A stretch of DNA of 46,597 nt from an uncultured Solirubrobacteraceae bacterium (GCA_964588985.1 CAZPQW010000025.1:1-46597); one strand, 5' to 3'; shown: positions 19,834-30,035, numbered from the stretch's first letter. A program made the numbers and translations. The notes: a model not told the origin generated them from the sequence alone.

Positions 19834-21984
19834 ATGCGCCGACGGATCCGCTCGGCGGCCCTTCCGCTGCACCGCCACTCGCTGCCTCAACTGGCAGTCG
19901 ACGGCGCGCTGGTCGCGCTCGCTTACTACCTAGCGTTCCAGCTGCGCTTCGACAGCGGACCGCCCGCCCAATACGCGCACCTGCGCGAGGACACCATCTG
20001 GTGGGTGCTCGGCGGGAGCCTGCCGGTGCTGGTGCTCACGCGCGTCTACCAGCGCCGCTGGCGCTACGCCGGCCAGCGCGACTACGAGGCGGTAGTGCGC
20101 GCCGTCGCGATCGTCGTGCTCCTGACGGTCGTCGCGATCGAGGTGCTGCGCCCCGTGCACAGCTACCCGCTCGTGTTCGTCAACGGTGTCTCCACCCACC
20201 ACCACAGCACCGTCGCGGTCGTGCTGCCCAACGGCGTGATCGTCCTGTTCGCACTGCTCGCGGGCGTGTTCCTCGTGGGCATCCGCGCGGTCGCCCGCAG
20301 CCTCTACGAGCGCCGCCCGCTGGCGGTGTTCCGCACCCCCGGCAAGAGCCAGCGCACGGTCATGATCGCCGGCGCTGGAGAGGGCGGTCGGATGGTGCTG
20401 CGCGAGATCCTGCGCAACCGCGAGCTGGGCCTGATCCCGGTGGGCTTCCTCGACGACGACCCCCGCAAGCGCAGGATGCGCATCGACGGCGTGCGCGTGC
20501 GCGGCAACACCGAAGCCGAGCTGCCGCGCATCCTCGACGAGGACGAACCGGACGAAGTGATCATCGCGATCCCCTCCGCGCCCGGCTCCACCCGCGCGCG
20601 GATCGTGCGCGAGTGCCGCGCGCGCGCGATCCCGGTGCGCACGCTGCCGACGGTGTTCGAGCTGCTGCAGACGCGTGGAGCGCTCGCGCGCCAGATGCGC
20701 GAGGTGCGCGTCGAGGACGTGCTCGGCCGCGAGCCGGTGCACATGGAGCTGGAGCGCGTCGGCGCGTACCTCGCCGGCGAGACCGTGCTCGTGACCGGCG
20801 CGGGCGGGTCGATCGGCTCGGAGCTGTGTCGTCAGATCGCGCGCGTGGAGCCGCACCGGATCGTGCTGCTGGACCACGCCGAGGACAACCTCTTCTCGAT
20901 CCAGCGCGAGCTCGAGGACGAGCGCCACGTGCCGCCGTCGATGCTCGCCGCGGTCCTCGCGGACTGCAAGGAGGAGGAGCGGATGCGCGAGGTGTTCGCC
21001 GAGCACCGCCCGACGGTCGTCTTCCACGCGGCCGCCTACAAGCACGTGGGCCTGATGGAGGCAAACCCGGTGGAGGCGGTCCGCAACAACGCGATCGCCA
21101 CCAGGGTCGTCGCGCACATAGCCGGGGAGCTGGGAGCGAGGCGCTTCGTGCTCGTCTCCACCGACAAGGCGGTGGCCCCCGCCACCGTGATGGGCGCCTC
21201 CAAGGCGCTCGCCGAGTTCGCGCTCGAGGCGGCCACCGCGCGCTTCCCCGACACGAGCTACGCGGCCGTGCGCTTCGGAAACGTGCTCGGCTCCTCCGGC
21301 AGCGTGGTGCCGATCTTCCGCCGCCAAATCGAGCGCGGCGGGCCGGTGACCGTCACCGACGAGCGCATGACCCGCTACTTCATGACCATCCCAGAGGCCG
21401 TCCAGCTGATCATCCGCTCCGGCTCGCTCGCCTCCGCGATCACCGACGACGAGGCCGCCGCGCAGGCCAACGGCTCCGTGCGCATCGGGGTGCGGGCGCG
21501 CGAGGAGCGTCGCAGGTCGGCGAAGGTGTTCGTGCTGGAGATGGGCGACCCCGTTCGGATCGTCGATCTCGCCCGCGCGATGATCGACCTGTCCGGCCTC
21601 GACCCCGACCGCGACATCGACGTGGAGATCGTCGGCGCGCGCCCCGGGGAGAAGCTCCACGAGGAGCTGTTCAACAGCTACGAGCGCGCGCGGCCCACCG
21701 AGGCCGAGAAGATCCTGCTCGCCGAGCGCAAGCCGATGGCTGTGGAGGCGGTCGAGTCGATGTTCGCCGAGATCGGCCTGCTGGTCCTCGAAGGCGACGC
21801 CGCCGGCCTCGCGGCAAAGGTCTCCGAGCTGTCCGCCGAGCGTCGCGAGGCGCCGGCGGACGGATCGGAGGGTACCGCCGAGGGCTCCGAGCCCGACCCG
21901 GCTCCAGCGGCCTCGCACGAGGCCAGCACGGGCGAGGACCTACGCGATGCGCCTGCGCCCCTCGTACACTCCCCCAATTCATGA
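19834..21984 (+). CDS. Membrane-bound nucleotide-sugar 4,6-dehydratase (CapD/PglF/WbpM-like)
   Basis: Four N-terminal TMs, a CoA-binding-like domain, TGAGGSIGSELCRQ, HAAAYKHV, STDKAV, RFGNVLGSSGSV, RPGEKLHEEL. Confidence 0.93.
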   Translation: MRRRIRSAALPLHRHSLPQLAVDGALVALAYYLAFQLRFDSGPPAQYAHLREDTIWWVLGGSLPVLVLTRVYQRRWRYAGQRDYEAVVRAVAIVVLLTVVAIEVLRPVHSYPLVFVNGVSTHHHSTVAVVLPNGVIVLFALLAGVFLVGIRAVARSLYERRPLAVFRTPGKSQRTVMIAGAGEGGRMVLREILRNRELGLIPVGFLDDDPRKRRMRIDGVRVRGNTEAELPRILDEDEPDEVIIAIPSAPGSTRARIVRECRARAIPVRTLPTVFELLQTRGALARQMREVRVEDVLGREPVHMELERVGAYLAGETVLVTGAGGSIGSELCRQIARVEPHRIVLLDHAEDNLFSIQRELEDERHVPPSMLAAVLADCKEEERMREVFAEHRPTVVFHAAAYKHVGLMEANPVEAVRNNAIATRVVAHIAGELGARRFVLVSTDKAVAPATVMGASKALAEFALEAATARFPDTSYAAVRFGNVLGSSGSVVPIFRRQIERGGPVTVTDERMTRYFMTIPEAVQLIIRSGSLASAITDDEAAAQANGSVRIGVRAREERRRSAKVFVLEMGDPVRIVDLARAMIDLSGLDPDRDIDVEIVGARPGEKLHEELFNSYERARPTEAEKILLAERKPMAVEAVESMFAEIGLLVLEGDAAGLAAKVSELSAERREAPADGSEGTAEGSEPDPAPAASHEASTGEDLRDAPAPLVHSPNS

Positions 21985-23543
21985 CGTCTCTGCCGCTCGC
22001 GCTCTCGCTTTCGAGCACGTTCACCCAGATCGGAGCGATCGCCGCATTCGCGGCGCTGGTCGGGATCGCGGTGCTGTCGCTGCTCGTGTTCTCGCAGGCC
22101 CGTGAGATCAAGCGTCTGCGCGAGTGGGCCGGCCGCGCCCCCGAGCGCGCCGCCGAGATGGAGCAGCGCGTGGCCGTCACCGCAGCCGCCCGTGTGCAGC
22201 AGGCCGCGGGCGTGCAGGCACAACCCGTCCCGCGCGCCGCACCCGTACAGCCGCGCGCCGCGGCCGCCACCGGCGCGGGCCCCGCCACCCGCGTCGTGGC
22301 CACGCCCCTCGCGCAACCCGCGCAGGCCGTGACCGCTACGGGCGCCCCGGCCCAGCCGGTGTCGCCCGCCGCTCCACCCGGCGTCCCCGGCGCTCCCGCT
22401 GTGCCCGGGGCGCAGCCCGGCGTGGGGGTGCCCGCCGCTCGTCCGCTCGTCCCCGGCCAAGCTCAACCAGTCGCGCAGACTCCGCCACCCGGAGCGCCAC
22501 CGCCACCTCGGCCACCCGCACCCGCGGGCCAGGCGCCCATCCCCGGTCAGCCGCCGACGCCGTCCCCGCGTCTTCCCATTCCCGGCCAGGCGCCGCCGTC
22601 TCCACGCCCGCTCGCGCCTGGGTCTCCAGCTCAGCCTTCGCCCGCGTCTGCATCGGCGGCGTCAGCTCCGCCTGCTCCGCTCGGCAGACCCGCGTCTGCT
22701 GCAGCCAGCGCCGCCGCGCAGGGCGCCCCGCCGTCGGCTCCTCCCGCGCCGCCGTCACCGAACGGCCCGGGCTCCGCTGCGCCCCCAGCAGCACCCCCGC
22801 TGGCGCCCGCGACCGTCGCGGCGAGCGTCTCGCCGCGCGCTCCCAGTCCGCCCATGCCCCCGGCGCCTCGCCGTCCGCCGCCACCCCCTGGGGAGGTCAG
22901 GCGCCCAGACCCGCGTGCCGCCGCCCAGAGCGCTGCTCCGGCTCCGGCGCGTGCGCGCACCGCACCGGCCGAGCGCCGCCCAGGTGAGGGAGCGTCGTCC
23001 GAACGTCTCGCGCCGACACCCGAGCGCGGCTCCTCGCGCCGAACGGCCGTACTGATCGCCGGCGCCGCCGTGGCGATCGTCGCCGTGATCGTTCTCGCGA
23101 TCGTGGTGCTCGGCGGGTCCTCGTCGAGCAAAAGCCCGAAATCCACGCCTGTGAGCACGGCCGTGAACACGGTCAAGAAATCGTCGAGCGCGCACGCGAA
23201 GAAATCGACCCAGAGCAGCACCAGCACCGCCACGCCTCCGGCCAACGCGGCGGAAACGACGGTCGCGGTGTTGAACGGCACAGAAACGACCGGCCTCGCG
23301 CACCGCGTGTCGACCGCGCTGCAGCGGCGCGGCTACTCGCAGGCCAACGCCCTCAACGGGCGCCCGTCCGGCGCCGGCCAGGAAACCGTCGTGGAGTACG
23401 CCAGCGGACACCAGGCCGAAGCCGAAGGCGTCGCGCGCTCGCTCTCGGTCAAACAGGTGCAGCCACTGGATGCTGCCACCGCTGGTCTCGCCGGCTCGGC
23501 GCAGGTGGTGGTGATCGTCGGCGCCAACACGACGGTCCCATAG
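21981..23543 (+). CDS. Pro/Ala-rich membrane protein with LytR C-terminal domain
   Basis: ATGA overlap at 21981. TM, long Pro-rich linker, second TM, then VAVLNGTETTGLA...VVVIVG (LytR_C pattern). Confidence 0.82.
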   Translation: MTSLPLALSLSSTFTQIGAIAAFAALVGIAVLSLLVFSQAREIKRLREWAGRAPERAAEMEQRVAVTAAARVQQAAGVQAQPVPRAAPVQPRAAAATGAGPATRVVATPLAQPAQAVTATGAPAQPVSPAAPPGVPGAPAVPGAQPGVGVPAARPLVPGQAQPVAQTPPPGAPPPPRPPAPAGQAPIPGQPPTPSPRLPIPGQAPPSPRPLAPGSPAQPSPASASAASAPPAPLGRPASAAASAAAQGAPPSAPPAPPSPNGPGSAAPPAAPPLAPATVAASVSPRAPSPPMPPAPRRPPPPPGEVRRPDPRAAAQSAAPAPARARTAPAERRPGEGASSERLAPTPERGSSRRTAVLIAGAAVAIVAVIVLAIVVLGGSSSSKSPKSTPVSTAVNTVKKSSSAHAKKSTQSSTSTATPPANAAETTVAVLNGTETTGLAHRVSTALQRRGYSQANALNGRPSGAGQETVVEYASGHQAEAEGVARSLSVKQVQPLDAATAGLAGSAQVVVIVGANTTVP

Positions 23544-24307
23544 CCGACTTCCTCGACATCCCCGCTCGCACGGCCAAGCCGCGCGAGCGCGGCATCACCC
23601 ATGTGATCGACAAGGGACTGTCGGTGGCGGAAGTCGACGGCCTGCTCGAGGTCGCGGGCGAGATCGTGGACATCGTCAAGCTCGGCTGGGGAACGGCGCT
23701 CGTGAGCGCCAACCTCGCGCCCAAGCTCGAGCTGTACGCGCGCCACGACATACCGGTGGTGCTCGGCGGAACGCTCACCGAGCTCGCGATCCGCCAGGGC
23801 CGGGTCGAGGGGCTCGTCGCGTGGCTGCGGGAGCTCGGCCTGCGCCACGTCGAGATATCCGACGGCACGATCGCCGTCGAGCCGCAGCTCAAGCACGAGC
23901 TCATCGAACGGCTCTCCCGCGAGTTCATCGTCCTCGCGGAGGTCGGCAGCAAGGACGCCGACTTCATCATGGCCCCATACGTGTGGGTCGAGCAGATCGA
24001 ACGTGACCTCGAAGCGGGCGCGTGGAAGGTGATCGCCGAGGCCCGCGAGTCCGGAACCGCCGGTATCTACCGTGCCACCGGCGAGGTCCGCACCGGCCTG
24101 ATCGACGAGATCGTGCATGCCGTCTCACCCGACCGCCTGATCTTCGAGGCGCCGCAGCGCGAGCAGCAGGTGTGGCTGCTGAAGAGCTTCGGAACGGAGT
24201 GCAATCTCGGCAACATCGCCCCCGCCGACGTGATCTCGCTCGAGACGCTGCGTCTCGGGCTGCGCTCGGACACTGTCGAGCGCTTCGCGTTGGGCGGCGG
24301 GGATTGA
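23540..24307 (+). CDS. comA: Phosphosulfolactate synthase (ComA family)
   Basis: KPRERGITHVIDKG, DIVKLGWGT, GGTLTE, VEISDG, EVGSK, EARESG, FEAP, NLGNI, LETLRLGLRSDT. The conserved N-terminus lies upstream of the first canonical start (GTG 23603), so ATA at 23540 is the inferred start. Confidence 0.88.
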   Translation: MADFLDIPARTAKPRERGITHVIDKGLSVAEVDGLLEVAGEIVDIVKLGWGTALVSANLAPKLELYARHDIPVVLGGTLTELAIRQGRVEGLVAWLRELGLRHVEISDGTIAVEPQLKHELIERLSREFIVLAEVGSKDADFIMAPYVWVEQIERDLEAGAWKVIAEARESGTAGIYRATGEVRTGLIDEIVHAVSPDRLIFEAPQREQQVWLLKSFGTECNLGNIAPADVISLETLRLGLRSDTVERFALGGGD

Positions 24308-24807
24308 CCGGGGACGGGTCCGACGGCGAGGACGCGCCCAAGCCGCTGGCGCTACTCGTCTTCGCCGTCCTGGTGGTCGCCTGCCTAGCGGCGTTCTTCG
24401 TCACCCAGCGCCTCAAGCACACACCCACCGCGGTGCAGAAATTCAAACTGCAGACGCGCTTCTCGCCGTATGGGCCGCCGGGTCACAACCAGGAGCAGTT
24501 CTCCTTCAAGCTCGCCAACGCGGACGAGGTCACCGTCACGATCATCAACGCGTCGGGCAACACGGTCGCCACGCTTCTGGTCGACCACCCGGTCGTCCGC
24601 TACAAACAGTTCACGCTGCGCTGGAACGGCCGTCGCGGGACCGCTCGCGGATACGCGCAGATCACGAGCCCCGGAGGGCGAACGATCCTCATCCCGAGGA
24701 ACCACGGCGCGGTCGCGCCGCCGGGCGAATACCGCGTCGAAGTCGCGCTGCGCAAACAGGATCATCCGGTGATCTCGCCGTACAGCTTCACGCTGGTGGG
24801 CCGGTGA
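24304..24807 (+). CDS. Membrane-anchored Ig-like (FlgD Ig-like) protein
   Basis: TTGA overlap with comA. TM followed by FSP...VTVTIIN..G..VATL...WNG...GEY, a FlgD-Ig-type pattern. Confidence 0.65.
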   Translation: MTGDGSDGEDAPKPLALLVFAVLVVACLAAFFVTQRLKHTPTAVQKFKLQTRFSPYGPPGHNQEQFSFKLANADEVTVTIINASGNTVATLLVDHPVVRYKQFTLRWNGRRGTARGYAQITSPGGRTILIPRNHGAVAPPGEYRVEVALRKQDHPVISPYSFTLVGR

Positions 24808-24814
24808 GCAGCGC

Positions 24815-26242
24815 GTGATCTACGTGCCCGCCACGAGCCTGCCCAGCGCCTCCACGGTCGCTCTCTATCTGGTCGCCGCCGCATTGGCGATCGCTGCGCT
24901 GGTGACCGTAATGCGCCGCTCGAGCCAGGCGTTCCCGCTGCTCGCGATCTTCGCGCTGCCGTTCAGGCTGCCGATCTCCGCCGACGGCAGGACCGTCAAC
25001 CTGCTCATCCCCCTCTACCTCGTCGTCGCGGCAGGCACCTTCGCGCACCTGCTGCCGCGACTCGTGCGCGCACGCGCCAACGCGCCCGCCGAGCGTCCCG
25101 CCGGCCCGCGGCAGGGCTCACCGCGAGAGCTCTCGTTCTGGGGCACGCCCCGGGGCCTCGAATGGCTGCTGTTCGGGTCCGTCGCCCTGTACGCGCTGCA
25201 GGCGATCTACTCCAGCGACCACGCCCGCGCGGCGGAGAACGTCGCCTTCTTCTACATACCCTTCGCGCTGCTTTTCGTGCTGCTGCGCGAAGTGCACTGG
25301 ACACGCGAGCTGCTGCTGCGCTGCCTCGGCGTGGTCGTCGGACTCGCGGTGATCTTCGCGGGGATCGGCTTCGTGGAGTACGCGCGCAAGTCGCTGTTCC
25401 TCAACCCCAAGGTGGTGGTGGCCAACCAGTACGACAACTACTTCCGCGTGAACTCGCTGTTCTTCGATCCGAGCATCTACGGCCGCTTCCTCGCGCTCGT
25501 GATGATCGCGCTCACCACCGTGGTGCTGTGGAGCGTGCGCCGACGCGACACGCTGATCGGCGCGGCGGTGCTCGCGTGGCTGCTCGCGGGGCTCGTGACG
25601 AGCTTCTCGCAGTCGAGCATCGCCGCGCTGCTGCTGGGCCTCGCCGTGCTCGCCGCCTGGCGCTGGGACGCGCGCACCACCGCCCTCGCCTCGATCGTGC
25701 TGCTCGCGCTCGCCGGCGCGGTCGTGTTGCTCGCGCCCACCAGCCTGCACTTCGGCCTGAAGGGAACGAAAGGCTCGACGAGCAACGCCACGAGCGGACG
25801 CACCAAGCTGATATCGGGCGGCCTCGAACTGTTCGCCGATCGACCGCTCGAGGGCTGGGGGTCGGGCTCCTTCGAAGCGCAGTACAAACGCCACGGCGGG
25901 GGAACCTCGGCGAACGCCACATCCGCGTCGCACACGATCCCCGTGACCGTCGCCGCCGAGCAGGGCGTCCTCGGCCTGGCGGTGTACGCGGCGCTGCTCC
26001 TCGCCGCGCTGCTCGTGCTGTGCCGCGGCGCTGGACGCTCGCCGCCCCGCATCGCACTCGCGGCGTGCTTCGCGGCGCTCGTGCTGCACACGTGGACGTA
26101 CGCGGACTTCCTCGAGGACCCGTTCACGTGGGCGATCCTCGCCGTCGGGGTGGCCCTCGCACGCCAGGACGAGGGCTGGGCAAGCGAGGCACGGATCAAA
26201 GCCCGCCCACCCGCGTGGCGTGCATCGCACGCGAGCGACTGA
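24815..26242 (+). CDS. O-antigen ligase / Wzy-like polymerase
   Basis: About 12 TMs. FRVNSLFFDPSIYG, TSFSQSS, RPLEGWGSGSF, SHTIPVTVAAEQG. Confidence 0.85.
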   Translation: MIYVPATSLPSASTVALYLVAAALAIAALVTVMRRSSQAFPLLAIFALPFRLPISADGRTVNLLIPLYLVVAAGTFAHLLPRLVRARANAPAERPAGPRQGSPRELSFWGTPRGLEWLLFGSVALYALQAIYSSDHARAAENVAFFYIPFALLFVLLREVHWTRELLLRCLGVVVGLAVIFAGIGFVEYARKSLFLNPKVVVANQYDNYFRVNSLFFDPSIYGRFLALVMIALTTVVLWSVRRRDTLIGAAVLAWLLAGLVTSFSQSSIAALLLGLAVLAAWRWDARTTALASIVLLALAGAVVLLAPTSLHFGLKGTKGSTSNATSGRTKLISGGLELFADRPLEGWGSGSFEAQYKRHGGGTSANATSASHTIPVTVAAEQGVLGLAVYAALLLAALLVLCRGAGRSPPRIALAACFAALVLHTWTYADFLEDPFTWAILAVGVALARQDEGWASEARIKARPPAWRASHASD

Positions 26243-26291
26243 GGACACCGCCTCGCGCCGCCCAGCACTCGTCCTGAGTAGCGTCTGAGCC

Positions 26292-27821
26292 GTGCTCGGC
26301 CACCTCAAGCGCCTCCTCAGCACGGGCGCGGCGTACCAGTTCGGGGACATCCTCGCGAAGGGCCTCGCGCTGCTCACGCTGCCGCTCTACACGCACCACC
26401 TGAACCCGAGTGCCTACGGCGCGGCGGAATCGCTGCTGACGGCGGTGATCCTGTCGAGCATCCTGCTGCGCGTGGGGGTGGGCGAGGCGTTCGTCCGCTT
26501 CTACTTCGACGACGAGGACGAGCAGCGACGCGTGCGGATCGCGCGCACCGCGACCGCGACGGTCGCGTGGACCACGACGCTCGCGGCGCTCCTCGCGGTG
26601 GCGTTCGCCGGACCGCTGTCGAAGCTGATCGTGGGCTTCCGCGACCCGCTGCTGCTCGACTGCGCGGTGCTCGGCCTGTGGGCGTTCACCAACCTCGAGA
26701 TGGCCTACGCGCAGCTGCGCGTGGACGCCCGCGCGCGTGCCTACATCTACGCCTCCGGCGCGAATGTGGCGATGACCGTCGCGTTCACCATCTCCCTCGT
26801 GGTGTTCGCCCAACAGGGCGCGCGCGGCCTGCTGCTCGGCAACTTCGGCGCCTCCACGCTGGTCGTGCTGGGGCTGTGGTGGACGCTGCGCGCACGAGTG
26901 TCGCTGCGGGTAAGGACGGCGGACCTGCGCGCGATGCTGCGCTTCGGCCTGCCGACGGTTCCCGCGGACGCGAGCGTGTACGCGCTGCAGGTCGCCGACC
27001 GCTTCTACCTGTTCCGCGTGTTCTCGCAGTCCGCCGCGGGGCAGTACGCGGTCGCGATCAAGCTCGCGACGGTCGTGTTCGTGGCGGTGCGCGGCTTCCA
27101 GTACGCGTGGCCGCCGCTGGCGTACTCGATTGAGAGCGACGAGGAGGCCGCGCGGCTGTACTCGCTCGTGACGACCTACTACGCGCTAGCCACAGGTGTG
27201 GTGGTGTGCGCGGTGGCGCTGCTCGCGCGCTGGATCGTGCGCCTCCTCGCCGCCCCCGAATACTTCGGCGCCTACAGGGCGCTGCCGTGGCTCGCGCTGG
27301 GGTGGGCGCTGTATGGGCTGTACCTCGTGTTCGTCGCGATCTCCGGTCGCGCGCGCGTCACCACGCGCAACCTCCCCGCCGCGCTCGCTGGTCTCGCGAT
27401 CAACGTCGCGCTGCTGCTGTTGCTCGTCCCCTCTGGCGGCGCCGGCCTCGGCATCGCCGGCGCGGGCATCGCGCTGTGCGGCGCCTACGCGGCGATGCTG
27501 GGCGTGATGTACGCGCTCACGCGCAGCCTGTTCAAGGTTGGCTTCGAATGGGCTCGTCTGGCGTGGCTCGTCGCGATCCTGGCCGGCGTGGCGGTCTCCG
27601 GCGAGCTGCTGCTGCCCACGCATGGGCTCGGGGGTCTCGCGGCGCGTCTGGCGTGGCTCGCGCTGGTCCCCGCGGCGCTGCTGCTGACGCGCTTCTTCCA
27701 TCCCCACGAGTGGGCCGGGGCGAGGTCGCTGGTGGCGGATGGGCGCCGGCGTGTGGCCACGTTCCGGGCGGGGCACGGCGAGGTCGAGGCCTACGCGGAG
27801 GACCCGCTGAGGGACGTCTGA
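26292..27821 (+). CDS. Wzx-type oligosaccharide flippase
   Basis: About 12-14 TMs. LLTLPLYTHHLNPSAYG, MLRFGLP, ADRFYL, GQYAVA. Confidence 0.88.
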   Translation: MLGHLKRLLSTGAAYQFGDILAKGLALLTLPLYTHHLNPSAYGAAESLLTAVILSSILLRVGVGEAFVRFYFDDEDEQRRVRIARTATATVAWTTTLAALLAVAFAGPLSKLIVGFRDPLLLDCAVLGLWAFTNLEMAYAQLRVDARARAYIYASGANVAMTVAFTISLVVFAQQGARGLLLGNFGASTLVVLGLWWTLRARVSLRVRTADLRAMLRFGLPTVPADASVYALQVADRFYLFRVFSQSAAGQYAVAIKLATVVFVAVRGFQYAWPPLAYSIESDEEAARLYSLVTTYYALATGVVVCAVALLARWIVRLLAAPEYFGAYRALPWLALGWALYGLYLVFVAISGRARVTTRNLPAALAGLAINVALLLLLVPSGGAGLGIAGAGIALCGAYAAMLGVMYALTRSLFKVGFEWARLAWLVAILAGVAVSGELLLPTHGLGGLAARLAWLALVPAALLLTRFFHPHEWAGARSLVADGRRRVATFRAGHGEVEAYAEDPLRDV

Positions 27822-27855
27822 GGCGCGTAGGGTGTCCGATCGGATGGGCGTTCTC

Positions 27856-27883
27856 TCAAGTCATGCCCCGATTTGGCCGAAAT
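27856..27883 (+). promoter_or_regulatory. Sigma-28 (FliA/WhiG)-like promoter
   Basis: TCAAG-N15-GCCGAAAT, ending 7 nt before ATG 27891. Confidence 0.55.
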
Positions 27884-27890
27884 CGCACCC

Positions 27891-29096
27891 ATGCGTGAGC
27901 CTCCCGCAACCTCCGAGATCACCGCCGCGCGCCGCCCGACCAGCGCGCGCGAGCGCCGCAGACGCGAAGAGGCGCTGCGCATCCACCACGAGGATCGCCT
28001 CGCCCGCAGCGTCGCGCCCGCCGGCAAGGTCACGTATCTGCGCGCACAGCTGAGGCTCGCCGCGCGCCTCACGGCACGCCTGGCGGCCACGAACGACATC
28101 GAGGAGATGGTCACGCTCGTCGTGGACGAGCTGCAGGGGACGTTCGCCTTCTACCTCGCCGCGATCCAGCGGCTCGACGACGACGAGACGCTGCGTCTGG
28201 TCGCCGGCAGGGGCGCGCTCGCGGATGTGATGACGGAGTTCCTGCTCGTGGAGCAGTCGCTGCACCACGGCATCAACGGGCGCGTGGCGCGCACCGCCGC
28301 GACCGCTCTCGTGGCCGACACGCGTCAAGACGCCGACTACATCGTCCGCGACCCCGAGACCGACCCGCGCTCGGAGCTGGCGGTGCCGATCGTGCTCGAC
28401 GGTGCGGTGTGGGGCGTGCTCAACCTCGAGGCGCCCGAGCCGGAAGCGTTCAGCGAGGCCGATGCCGTGCTCGTGGAGGCGATCGCCGCGAGCCTCGGCT
28501 CCTCGCTTCACCGCGCCAACCTCGTGCTCGACCTCGAGCGCACGTTCACCACCACCCTCAGCGCGCTGATGAGCGCGGTCGAGGCGAAGGACAGCTACAC
28601 CGCCTCGCACGAGGAGGAAGTCGCCGCGCTCGCCGAACGCGTCGCCGTGCGCCTCGGCAACTCGTCCACGCGCGCGCACGATGTGCGCTACGCGGCGCTG
28701 CTCCACGACGTGGGCAAGGTCGCCGTGCCGAGCGAGATACTGCTGAAGCCAGGGCCGCTGAACGACGAGGAGTGGGTCGTGATGAAGCGCCACGCCGCCG
28801 TGGGAGGCGAGCTTGTCGCGCGGATAGACGCCTTCGCGCACCTCGCGCCCGCGGTGCGAGCAAGCCACGAGCGCTGGGACGGCGCCGGCTACCCCGACGG
28901 TCTCGCCGGCGAGGACATCCCGCTCGCCGCACGGATCATCTCCGCGTGCGACACCTACGAGGCGATCGTCACCGACCGCCCCTACCGCCCCGCCAACACG
29001 CCCGAGCAGGCGTGCGAGGAGCTGCGCCGCGTCGCCGGCGCCCAGCTCGACCCGCGCGTGGTCGACGCGCTGCTCGACGAGCTCGCGTCCGAGTAA
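27891..29096 (+). CDS. GAF + HD-GYP c-di-GMP phosphodiesterase
   Basis: GAF domain (GINGRVART, SELAVPI). KDSYTASH, LLHDVGK, HERWDGAGYPDGL, DRPYR. Confidence 0.92.
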   Translation: MREPPATSEITAARRPTSARERRRREEALRIHHEDRLARSVAPAGKVTYLRAQLRLAARLTARLAATNDIEEMVTLVVDELQGTFAFYLAAIQRLDDDETLRLVAGRGALADVMTEFLLVEQSLHHGINGRVARTAATALVADTRQDADYIVRDPETDPRSELAVPIVLDGAVWGVLNLEAPEPEAFSEADAVLVEAIAASLGSSLHRANLVLDLERTFTTTLSALMSAVEAKDSYTASHEEEVAALAERVAVRLGNSSTRAHDVRYAALLHDVGKVAVPSEILLKPGPLNDEEWVVMKRHAAVGGELVARIDAFAHLAPAVRASHERWDGAGYPDGLAGEDIPLAARIISACDTYEAIVTDRPYRPANTPEQACEELRRVAGAQLDPRVVDALLDELASE

Positions 29097-29105
29097 GAGC
29101 GGGCT

Positions 29106-30035
29106 CTAGCTTCGGTTGTACTCCGCGGCCACCTCGCGCAGTCCCTCGCCTCGACCGGGCATCAGCGTTGCCGTCACATGGCGCCAGTAGCGCCGCGATG
29201 AATGCCCGGGAAGCAGCAGTGCCCCCACCGCACGCACCGCATAGCTCCACGCGGTGAGCCAGCGCACCGCTCGCGCCGCGCCCGGCGAGTGGTGCTTGCG
29301 CATGTACAGGTCTCGGTTGCGCGCCATTTCCACGATCCGCCGCTCCGGCACCGCGCCCGTGGAGAGCTGCTCGTGGTGGACGGCGAGCGCGGAGGGCACG
29401 TACACCGAGCTCCAGCCCGCGTCGCGCAGGCGCCAAGCGAAGTCCACCTCGTCTGAGTACACGAAGAAGGCCGGGTCGAGGTAGTCCACCTCCGCGGCCG
29501 CCTCGCGGCGTACGAGCAGCGCGGAGGACTGGCACCAGTCGACCTCACGGGTTTGAGTGCCGGTGCTCTGCACAGTGAATCGACGGTGCAGCATCAACGC
29601 GCCAGCGAGCGCCGTCCACGGCCTGGGAAACCGCCACGCGCACGCCTGGGGAGTCCTGTCGGGGCGTAGCAGTTGGGCGCCCGCGCACGCGGCTCGTGGG
29701 CGGTCCTGAAGCGCCTGCCACAGCGCGAGCGTCGCACCGGGCTGCAGCTCGGAGTCCTCGTTCAGCAGCAGCGCGTAGCGCCCCTGCGCGCGACGCAGCA
29801 GCTCGGAGTCGTTCTCGGCCTTGCCGCGGCGTTCCGTCAGCGCGATCGTCTCGTCCACGGTCGGGTGCGCGCGAGCAGCCTTGGCCGAGCCGTCGCGCGA
29901 GCCGTTGTCCAGCACGAGCACCTCGGTCGCGAACGGCAGCCCCGCGCGCTCCCGTGCGATCGCGTCGAGCCCTCGCAGCAGCAGCTCGCGCTGGGAGGTG
30001 TTCACCACGCAGTAGGTCAGCTCGATCTCTGCCAT
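29106..30035 (-). CDS. GT2 glycosyltransferase (WbbL-like)
   Basis: VLDNGSRDG, LLLNEDS, FFVYSDEVD, VHH. ATG at 30035; the upstream part of the listed ORF is a shadow of the antitoxin gene. Confidence 0.9.
   Translation of the reverse strand: MAEIELTYCVVNTSQRELLLRGLDAIARERAGLPFATEVLVLDNGSRDGSAKAARAHPTVDETIALTERRGKAENDSELLRRAQGRYALLLNEDSELQPGATLALWQALQDRPRAACAGAQLLRPDRTPQACAWRFPRPWTALAGALMLHRRFTVQSTGTQTREVDWCQSSALLVRREAAAEVDYLDPAFFVYSDEVDFAWRLRDAGWSSVYVPSALAVHHEQLSTGAVPERRIVEMARNRDLYMRKHHSPGAARAVRWLTAWSYAVRAVGALLLPGHSSRRYWRHVTATLMPGRGEGLREVAAEYNRS

Noticed and set aside
19812-23543. 1243-aa ORF as one giant protein
   Set aside because: The first ~720 codons are an off-frame shadow of the dehydratase gene; real coding starts at ATG 21981.
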